A stretch of 64,000 nt of DNA from a candidate division WOR-3 bacterium (GTDB taxonomy: Bacteria > Hydrothermota > Hydrothermia > JBDRYB01), in contig JBDRYB010000008.1 of the NCBI GenBank assembly GCA_039803205.1, positions 1 through 64,000 of the forward strand, written 5' to 3'. Made by a program: the position numbers and the translations under genes. Shown piece by piece: positions 56,845 through 64,000 of this stretch. Positions within the stretch are counted from its first letter, which is position 1. Each line of letters opens with the position of its first letter. Below the pieces are notes generated by a model. That model searched no databases and had not been told where the DNA came from. It was given only the letters and a program-made list of their open reading frames with translations.

Positions 56845-57792
56845 ATGACGCCAGGAGAGACCAAGAGACTAACCCTTGAGATAGGGGATCTGGATCCCCT
56901 ATCTGTTTTTGGCCTTCAGGATGCGAACCTAAAGGCTCTCAGAAGGCACTTTCCGGATGTCGCAGTATCCGCGAGGGATAGGGAGATCATCCTTGAGGGC
57001 CCAGCTGAGAGGGCAGAGGAAGCCCTATCGGTTTTAAGGAAGATAATGGCCCTCTCCGCGGCCGGAGAAAGGCCGGATGACCTTGATGTGGATGAGGCAG
57101 TGGCCGAGGTCCACGCGGTATCGGGTGGGCTTGAGATAATAACGCCCAAGAGAAAGGTCTTTCCCCGTAGCCCGAACCAGGAGCACTACATAAGGGAAAT
57201 AGCGGAGCACGATATCGTGTTCGCTATAGGGCCTGCTGGGACAGGCAAAACATACCTCGCTGTGGCCATGGCAATACGGTTCCTGCTTGAGGGAAGGGTT
57301 GAGAGGCTCATATTCACCAGGCCAGCGGTTGAGGCAGGGGAGTCCCTCGGGTTCCTTCCGGGAACATACACGGAGAAGATATTTCCGTATCTGGTTCCCC
57401 TATACGATGCCCTCTATGCCCTCATGCCCCCACAGCGCGTTCAACGCCTTGAGGAGAAGCGCATACTTGAGATAGCGCCCCTTGCTTACATGAGAGGGAG
57501 AACCCTCTCAGATGCTTTCATAATACTTGATGAGGCTCAGAACACGCGCCCCGTCCAGATGAAGATGTTCCTGACGAGGCTCGGGCCGAGATCGCGGGTT
57601 GTGGTCACCGGCGATATAACCCAGATTGACCTTCCCAAAGGGGTCCCTTCGGGGCTAGTGGAGGCAGAGAGGATACTCCGGGGGATAAGGGGTATATCCT
57701 TCGTCTACTTCTCATCAGAGGATGTGGTGAGGCACAGGCTGGTGAAGGACATCGTTGAGGCATACGAGTCAAGGGAGCTCAAAGAGGAATGA
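56845..57792 (+). CDS. phoH: PhoH family ATPase
   Basis: GPAGTGKT, RPAVEAGE.LGFLPG, YMRGRT, DEAQN, GDITQIDL, VVRH. Confidence 0.93.
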   Translation: MTPGETKRLTLEIGDLDPLSVFGLQDANLKALRRHFPDVAVSARDREIILEGPAERAEEALSVLRKIMALSAAGERPDDLDVDEAVAEVHAVSGGLEIITPKRKVFPRSPNQEHYIREIAEHDIVFAIGPAGTGKTYLAVAMAIRFLLEGRVERLIFTRPAVEAGESLGFLPGTYTEKIFPYLVPLYDALYALMPPQRVQRLEEKRILEIAPLAYMRGRTLSDAFIILDEAQNTRPVQMKMFLTRLGPRSRVVVTGDITQIDLPKGVPSGLVEAERILRGIRGISFVYFSSEDVVRHRLVKDIVEAYESRELKEE

Positions 57793-59855
57793 GGGAGCAA
57801 GAAGACAAGCGAGCCGTCGTGGACAGGATAGTCCACAACACCCTCAAGCTCGCGACTTTCCTAGCCTTGCTCGCTGGAACCCTGGTGCTCTTGCCCCGAG
57901 GGAGGTTTCTTGAGGATTTTGAGCCAGGTAGGCCAGCTCCATCTGACCTCTACGCCCCTTTTGATTTCAGGGTGAGAAAATCGCCGGCCCAGCTGGAGAG
58001 GGAGAGGGAGGAGGCCGCGGCCAGGGTTGCCCCGATACTGGAATATGACAACGAGAGCAAAAAAAGGCTCTCTGCTCGCCTTGATAGCCTCAGAGCATCC
58101 CTCTCTGACACAGGGGTTCTGGTGATAAGCCCCACCGCAACCGGCGTCCTTCGGGGAAGCCCCAGCATCCTGGATGAGGCTTTTGCTCTGGCTGTGAGTT
58201 TGTCAGAGCGAGGCCTTGTTCAGGATAAGAACCAACTGCCCCCTTCTTCAACCCGTGAGTACATAATAATAAGAGAGGATGAGGAGCGAAGGGTTTCAGA
58301 TACCCTTATAAAGGATACCCGTTCAGCCCTTGAGCGAGCGAGGGCGTTTGCGGTCTCAAGGTATGCCCTTGAGCCCGACAAGGCAGAGGCTTTTACTGAG
58401 GCTTTCGGGTATCTCCTTTCCCCAACACTCGTGTATGATGAGTCGGCAACCCAGAAGAGGAGAGAGGCGGCCGCGGCAGGGGTTTCGGAGATCTCAGAGG
58501 AGTTTCTAAAGGGCCAGCTGGTTTTCACCAAGGGTGAGATAATAGATTCCGTCGGGGCCATGCGCCTTGCAGAGATAAGGAAGGCAATGGGCACAGGAGG
58601 GAGAACCCGTTGGGGGGTTATGCTCGGTATAATCATAGTTTTTGGCCTCGCTCTCGCTTTCTTTCTCGTCTACAGGAGGATGGTTCCGCGCTGGACAACC
58701 GTACTCGCTGTTGTCATAGGATACGGGCTTTTCTTCGGGACAGCGCACATGGTTTCCATCATAAATTCCGAGACCCTTACCCCATACCTTACGCTTCTGC
58801 CATTTCTCCCGATCATAGTTAGTATAGTCCTTGATTCTGAGGCAGGCGTATTCCTCGGTTTCCTTGAGGCGATAATCCTCTCGGTGCTTTTCGGAGGGGA
58901 TTTTGGCTTGCTCCTCTACGGGGTGACTGTTGCTGGGGCCGCGGGCCTGTCCTCGCGCATATTCAAAACGAGGTATCAGATGTATCTTCTCATACTCGTT
59001 CTCTTCCTGGCGGGCGCTGTTTCCGCTACCGGAGCCTTTCTCCTCAACGAGATGAGCCCAAAAACCCTCGCCTTCAACTGCCTCTGGGCAATGGTCTCAG
59101 GCTTTGCCTCGGTTCTCCTCGTCTTTGCCGCTCTCCCCATATTTGAGAAGGTTTTCAGGCTCTCAACGGACTTTCTCCTTTCGGAGCTGGCATCCCTTCA
59201 GCACCCCCTTCTCCGGGAGCTGGCGGAGAAGGCCCCAGGAACATTCACCCATACTATCCTCGTCGGAAACCTCTGCGAGGCTGGAGCCAGGGCAATAGGG
59301 GCATCGCCATTGTTGGCGAGGGTTGGGGCCTATTATCATGATATTGGGAAACTCTTCTCCCCGGACCACTTCATAGAGAACCAAAAGGGCCAAAACCCGC
59401 ACGACGCGCTCGCGCCCGCTGATAGCGCTAATATCCTTCGTTCCCACATCACTGAGGGAGAGAGGCTCGCGGACGCCAAGGGGCTTCCAAAGGACATAAA
59501 GAGGTTCATATCAACCCACCATGGGACGAGCCTCATGCGGCAGTTTTACCTTAAGGCAAAGGAGGCTGACCCCGGCGCTCCTGAGTCCGCTTTCAGATAC
59601 CCTGGCCCAAAACCGATTACCCCTGAGGAGGGGATATGCATGCTGGCGGATGCGTGCGAGGCGGCTGTCAGGGCCCTTGATGAACCCTCTGAGGCCGCTA
59701 TAATTAGGGTTGTGGAGGAGGTTTTCGGGAGACAGGTAGCAGATGGCCAGCTCTCCGAGGTCCGGTTCACCGCGAGCCAGCTTGAGGCCCTCAAGAAAGC
59801 GTTTATTCCCGTGCTCGTGGGAACATTTCACGAGAGGATCCCATACCCTGAGTAG
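57789..59855 (+). CDS. 7TM-HD phosphohydrolase (PgpH-like c-di-AMP phosphodiesterase)
   Basis: Extracellular domain, about 7 TMs, APGTFTH, YYHDIGK, FIENQ, HHGT, LADACEAA; follows phoH. Confidence 0.85.
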   Translation: MREQEDKRAVVDRIVHNTLKLATFLALLAGTLVLLPRGRFLEDFEPGRPAPSDLYAPFDFRVRKSPAQLEREREEAAARVAPILEYDNESKKRLSARLDSLRASLSDTGVLVISPTATGVLRGSPSILDEAFALAVSLSERGLVQDKNQLPPSSTREYIIIREDEERRVSDTLIKDTRSALERARAFAVSRYALEPDKAEAFTEAFGYLLSPTLVYDESATQKRREAAAAGVSEISEEFLKGQLVFTKGEIIDSVGAMRLAEIRKAMGTGGRTRWGVMLGIIIVFGLALAFFLVYRRMVPRWTTVLAVVIGYGLFFGTAHMVSIINSETLTPYLTLLPFLPIIVSIVLDSEAGVFLGFLEAIILSVLFGGDFGLLLYGVTVAGAAGLSSRIFKTRYQMYLLILVLFLAGAVSATGAFLLNEMSPKTLAFNCLWAMVSGFASVLLVFAALPIFEKVFRLSTDFLLSELASLQHPLLRELAEKAPGTFTHTILVGNLCEAGARAIGASPLLARVGAYYHDIGKLFSPDHFIENQKGQNPHDALAPADSANILRSHITEGERLADAKGLPKDIKRFISTHHGTSLMRQFYLKAKEADPGAPESAFRYPGPKPITPEEGICMLADACEAAVRALDEPSEAAIIRVVEEVFGRQVADGQLSEVRFTASQLEALKKAFIPVLVGTFHERIPYPE

Positions 59856-60011
59856 CATCAAACCAGTTTCTTTTGGTATGATCCTGCATCCAGAGGGGCT
59901 TGAAGTCGTTCAACTTAAGGATAGTTGCGGCACATTGAAGCCAGACTGAGAAGGGCTCTCAAGGGATGTCGGTCATGGAATCCCGCGCAGAAAATGGGTT
60001 ATAATATTACC

Positions 60012-60884
60012 ATGCTTAAGGGAACCTTAACTGCTTTGGTTACCCCCTTCACGGAGAGAGGGGAGTTGGACCTAGAGGGGGCCCGGAGGCTTGTTGAGCA
60101 TCAGCTAGAGGCCGGGATTGACGGCTTCGTTGTCCTCGGGACAACGGGTGAGGCTCCTGCTCTTTCGGATGGGGAGCGAAAGACCTTTCTGGGTGCTGTG
60201 AAGCAGATGGTAGGCGATAGGGCGATTCTCATTGCCGGAACAGGCACTAACAACACCTCAAAGACCATAGCCCAAACAGCGGAGGCCTTGGAGATGGGCT
60301 ATGGGTTCGCGCTGGTTGTTACCCCTTACTACAACAAGCCAACTCAGGATGGGCTTTACCTTCATTACTCCCTCATCTGCTCCGAGCTCCCAAGAGCGAG
60401 GATCATCGTCTATAATGTGCCTGGCAGGACAGGGGTTTCAATTGCTCCTGAGACCGTGGCTCGGCTCAGGGCTGATTTTCCTGAGAACATCGTTGCTGTC
60501 AAGGAGGCATCCGGCTCCCTTGATAACGCCTCGGCTCTGGTTAAGAGTGGCATAACCGTTCTCTCAGGGGACGACTCGCTTACGGTTCCTATGATGGCGA
60601 TAGGCGCAAAGGGCGTCATCTCCGTTGCGTCAAACCCAGCTCCGAAGCTGGTCTCTGATATGGTAAACGCGGCGCTATCCGATGACTTCAAGAAGGCCTC
60701 AGAGCTGCACCTGAGGCTCTGGCCCCTTTTCAAGGTTCTTTTTATTGAAACCAGCCCGGGCCCCGTGAAGGCACTTTTGGGTGAAATGGGACTTGTAAAG
60801 CCCCACTTGAGGCCCCCTTTAGCTCCGGTCTCGCAGAAAACCATAGAGGAGATAAGAAGGCTCAAGAAGGAGCTTTCGCTTTGA
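60012..60884 (+). CDS. dapA: 4-hydroxy-tetrahydrodipicolinate synthase
   Basis: TALVTPF, GTTGE, PYYNKP, YNVPGRT, KEASG, SGDD. Confidence 0.93.
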   Translation: MLKGTLTALVTPFTERGELDLEGARRLVEHQLEAGIDGFVVLGTTGEAPALSDGERKTFLGAVKQMVGDRAILIAGTGTNNTSKTIAQTAEALEMGYGFALVVTPYYNKPTQDGLYLHYSLICSELPRARIIVYNVPGRTGVSIAPETVARLRADFPENIVAVKEASGSLDNASALVKSGITVLSGDDSLTVPMMAIGAKGVISVASNPAPKLVSDMVNAALSDDFKKASELHLRLWPLFKVLFIETSPGPVKALLGEMGLVKPHLRPPLAPVSQKTIEEIRRLKKELSL

Positions 60885-62458
60885 GGAGAGTTCCTTTAAC
60901 CCTCCTTCTTTTCCTGGCGTGCGGGCTCGGCCACAAAAGCAAAGAGCCTTGCTCCTCGCTGGCCGCTGATATGGCGTGGAGGGAGGCGATGGGTTCCTCT
61001 GGCGAAGCGCTCAGACAGGCGGTTGACGGAAATGCGGCCCTGGCCACCCTATATGAGAAGAGGGCTTGGGAATGGCTTCTTTTCTCACCCCCTCAGCTCA
61101 ACGATTACGGCATCTTCGTTCTCACAACCGTGGAGAACAGGTTCTTTGATGGGCTTGAACCCGATCCGATGGCAGATTCAGCCCTTTTAGCTATCGCGAG
61201 GGCAGAGAGCCTTAGGCTTTTAGCCTGCGAGATGGTTGATCGGAGCGAGATGGTCTTGGTTTACAAGAGATGTATAAGCGAGATCGCGAGGGCCGAGGTC
61301 TTTCTGATAAGAGCCTGGAAAAAGTGGGCAACGGACATGGGCGGAGATTCAGCGGCAATAGAGGCCCTCTTCTCGGACCCTATCGCGGCCACCATGAACC
61401 TATTCCCGCGCTTTTCGGAATACAAGGTTCTGAGGGCTACCCTGTCCACCTACACATACATGCCGGATTGGAAGCCTTTGTCCTTCAGCCTTGAAAAGGG
61501 CAAAAAGATAATGCCCGGGGACACGGGCCAGAGGGTATCCGGGATCCAGGAGAGGCTCAGGGCCGAGGGATTCTATACAGGGCCAACAACAGGCATATAC
61601 GACAGCGCGACAGCTGAGGCGGTCAAGCAGTTCCAGAAGTGGCACTACCTTGAGGAGGATGGGGTTGTTGGCCACGGAACACTGAGAGCCATGAACATCC
61701 CCAGGTCTCAGCTCATCTCTCGGATCAGGGGAGGGCTCTCATATTGGAGGAAACCCAGTTTCTCGGAAGCGGTTGCCAAAGGGGGATGGGTCTTCAGGAT
61801 AAACATACCCGAGTTCACCCTGTATGTGTATAAGGATGGCTCGCTACTTCAGAAGAACAAGGTCGCGGTTGGTTCAGCCTCTCAGGACACGAACTTCACC
61901 CCTACCCTCAGGGATACAGTTGAGTTCATTGTGATAAATCCGAAGTGGAATGTTCCGGACAGGATATTTGAGGAGGAGCTCTTGGAGGAGATATACGAGA
62001 CAGGGGATGCGTTCAAGTACATAGAGAAAAAGAATTTCAAGGTGGCTTCAAAGAAGGGCAAGATATGGCTTGTTAGGGACCCAGGAGAGGGAAACGCCCT
62101 TGGAAGGGTGAAGTTCCTTTTCCCGAACCGATACAACATATACCTTCACGACACCCCGATAAAGAGCACATTTCAGTGGAAGATGCGAGCGGTTTCCCAC
62201 GGGTGCATAAGGCTTGACGGAGCTATAGAGCTCGCCATTGCTGTCCTGACCCAGAGCGAGGGGTGGACAGAGCAAGGTTTCTGGACCGCCTATAACAAGA
62301 CCGAAAAAGAGAGGGGCAAGACCGTGTTTAAGGAGACCTGGGTTCCCCTGAGGCACAAGATCCCCATATTCATTGATTATGTCCTGGTCGCGCCGGACAC
62401 CTCCGAGGGAAGGGTTGTTTTTCTGCCGGATATATACAACGGCTACAGGAAGAGGTAA
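60881..62458 (+). CDS. L,D-transpeptidase lipoprotein with peptidoglycan-binding domain (YcbB/LdtD-like)
   Basis: Lipobox FLAC, AVKQFQ..DGVVG, NPKWNVP, NALGRVKFLFPN, YLHDT, SHGCIR. Confidence 0.88.
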   Translation: MRRVPLTLLLFLACGLGHKSKEPCSSLAADMAWREAMGSSGEALRQAVDGNAALATLYEKRAWEWLLFSPPQLNDYGIFVLTTVENRFFDGLEPDPMADSALLAIARAESLRLLACEMVDRSEMVLVYKRCISEIARAEVFLIRAWKKWATDMGGDSAAIEALFSDPIAATMNLFPRFSEYKVLRATLSTYTYMPDWKPLSFSLEKGKKIMPGDTGQRVSGIQERLRAEGFYTGPTTGIYDSATAEAVKQFQKWHYLEEDGVVGHGTLRAMNIPRSQLISRIRGGLSYWRKPSFSEAVAKGGWVFRINIPEFTLYVYKDGSLLQKNKVAVGSASQDTNFTPTLRDTVEFIVINPKWNVPDRIFEEELLEEIYETGDAFKYIEKKNFKVASKKGKIWLVRDPGEGNALGRVKFLFPNRYNIYLHDTPIKSTFQWKMRAVSHGCIRLDGAIELAIAVLTQSEGWTEQGFWTAYNKTEKERGKTVFKETWVPLRHKIPIFIDYVLVAPDTSEGRVVFLPDIYNGYRKR

Positions 62459-62461
62459 TCT

Positions 62462-63196
62462 TTACTGCATTCCGCCCAGCCCTGCTCCCAAAAGGTTCAG
62501 ACAGCCAAGAGCAGAACCCCCAACAAACCCGAGGCCTATTGTGAATATGGGATAGTAGCTCCCGTTGCCGGAATACTTGAAATAGCTCCCGCCGAGCTCA
62601 AGCCTGAACCCGTAGTCCGTTTTCCCCTTGAGGCCAACGAACTCACCGGACCCCTTATACTTGAAGTCAAGGCCGAAAGCCGCGTGCTGATAGAAGCCGG
62701 GCGCGATCTCCCCCCAGAGCTCCTCGCCCGATGTGGCGCCTTGGGGCGCGTAGATCCCCTGCCATGATAAATACCACATCCAGTTCTTGTGAGGCCTGTA
62801 TCCGAGCATCAGGTTCACGCCAGGGGTTATCAGGTATGTTTCGGAGATTATATCATACAGAAGGTATGGTTGAACGGCGAAGCTCATAACCCTCGTGGGT
62901 CGCTTGGAAGATTTCAAAAGCCTTATCTTAGCGTATGGCCCTACCCCCATGCCGTTCATCATCACCCCTATATCCGCCTCCTTGGCAACGCCAAACCCAA
63001 CGGCTCCACCCATGTTCCAGCTCCTGTATATGTTCTCGTCGGCCGCAGCCTTCCCGTGGTCAGGGTGGACAAAGCCGGGGAAGGAAGCGAATATTTGGCC
63101 ATCAACCTTTCCAGAGCCAGTTGGCTCTGGGGTCTGGAATGTGCCAAAGAAGCAACCTGTCACGATCAGCAAAAAGAGAACAAAGAGCTTTTTCAT
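62462..63196 (-). CDS. Putative outer-membrane lipoprotein, beta-rich
   Basis: Lipobox VTGC; alternating aromatic beta strands. Confidence 0.65.
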   Translation of the reverse strand: MKKLFVLFLLIVTGCFFGTFQTPEPTGSGKVDGQIFASFPGFVHPDHGKAAADENIYRSWNMGGAVGFGVAKEADIGVMMNGMGVGPYAKIRLLKSSKRPTRVMSFAVQPYLLYDIISETYLITPGVNLMLGYRPHKNWMWYLSWQGIYAPQGATSGEELWGEIAPGFYQHAAFGLDFKYKGSGEFVGLKGKTDYGFRLELGGSYFKYSGNGSYYPIFTIGLGFVGGSALGCLNLLGAGLGGMQ

Positions 63197-63250
63197 GGCG
63201 AAAGTCTAATGCAAGAGGAGGGGCCGTGGCAAACAGACGCGGTAACCCAA

Positions 63251-64000
63251 TTACAACTGCCCTTTCCTTACCAGGTGCGCGGCCAGAAGCAGACGCTGTA
63301 TCTGGTTTGTCCCCTCGTATATCTGGGTTATTTTGGCATCCCGCATGTATTTCTCAACTATATACTCTGTGGTGTAACCGTATCCACCGAAGATCTGAAC
63401 AGCATCAACCGTTACCTCCATGGCCACATCCGCTGGGAAGTATTTCGCCATGGCTGAGAGGTGGCCGACCTCCTTTGCCCCTGAGTCTATGTATCTCGCT
63501 ATGGAGTAGAGAAGTGCCCTTGAGGCCTCTATCTTGGTTGCCATGTCAGCGAGCATTATCTGTATTGCTTGGAAGGAGGCTATTGGCTGGCCGAACTGCT
63601 TGCGCTCACGGGCGTATTTGAGCGCCTCCTCAAAAGCGCCCTGCGCTATGCCAAGGGCCTGTGCGCCAACCGCTGGCCTCGTCCTGTCAAATGTCCTGGC
63701 GACATGAATGAACCCAAGTCCCTCTTTGCCTCCCAGGAGGTTCTCCTCAGGGACCTCGCAGTCCTCAAAGTATATCTCGCGTTTGACCGATGCCCTTATG
63801 CCGAGGGTCTCCTCAACCTTTCCGAAAGACACGCCCGGATAATCCTTCTCAACTATGAAAATGGAAAGCCCCCTCGCGCCCCTGGTTGGATCCGTTGACG
63901 CCACGACGGTCATTATGTCCGCTTCCCCCGCGTTGGTGATGAAGCGCTTCGTTCCGTTCAGGATATACCTGTCCCCCTTCTTGACGGCCCTTGTTTTTAC
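63251..64000 (-). CDS. Acyl-CoA dehydrogenase (5' part lies outside the window)
   Basis: GTKRFITN, ERKQFG, FQAIQ, GGYGY, RDAKITQIYEGTNQIQR. Confidence 0.92.
   Translation of the reverse strand, partial: VKTRAVKKGDRYILNGTKRFITNAGEADIMTVVASTDPTRGARGLSIFIVEKDYPGVSFGKVEETLGIRASVKREIYFEDCEVPEENLLGGKEGLGFIHVARTFDRTRPAVGAQALGIAQGAFEEALKYARERKQFGQPIASFQAIQIMLADMATKIEASRALLYSIARYIDSGAKEVGHLSAMAKYFPADVAMEVTVDAVQIFGGYGYTTEYIVEKYMRDAKITQIYEGTNQIQRLLLAAHLVRKGQL

Noticed and set aside
59856..60011. Lysine riboswitch upstream of dapA
   Set aside because: No conserved motifs, and TATAAT sits 6 nt before the ATG, leaving no leader
40258..60884. Long N-terminal extensions in the ORF track (pdxS, prfA, dapA; also truB, mtnA, GlcD-like, tal)
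   Set aside because: They overlap promoters or neighbouring genes; downstream starts fit family N-termini and -10/RBS signals
1..64000. tRNA, rRNA, tmRNA or IS transposase genes
   Set aside because: No T-loop/cloverleaf, rRNA signature or transposase ORF was seen, and the intergenic gaps are short

Overview
A 64-kb, gene-dense chromosomal window with about 60 CDS, from a diderm bacterium (lpxB, MlaD, many lipoproteins). Heavy AGG/ATA codon use suggests a thermophile. Six proteins with T9SS type-A-like C-terminal domains plus a gingipain-like C25 protease suggest an FCB-related candidate lineage such as WOR-3; this is inference, not a database result. Most genes are housekeeping (truA, transaldolase, degP, mtnA, gatB, ribH/ribBA, tldD, hypD, murQ, truB, rbfA, pdxS, nudF, cdsA, prfA, rplU, secG, tpiA, phoH, pgpH-like, dapA), and many are separated from their usual operon partners. 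I found no rRNA, tRNA, CRISPR array, transposase or integrase. Main leads: (1) exported proteins built from phage tail-fibre parts, namely a single-chain protein with three tail-collar/HxH repeats plus a sorting domain (44593-45852) and a repeat fibre with a putative auto-cleaving chaperone paired with a small sorting-domain 'adaptor' (19700-22356); (2) pervasive leaderless genes with TATAAT 5-10 nt before the start codon; (3) ultra-short signal peptides with no basic n-region; (4) an archaeal-type DGGGP-synthase-like gene next to cdsA; (5) strong TCGA/GTAC/ACGT depletion, GTAG-type REP-like palindromes, a near-identical 182-bp sorting-domain repeat, and a ribBA with a degenerate cyclohydrolase domain preceded by an in-frame amber-stopped uORF. 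All calls come from reading motifs by eye; no searches were run.
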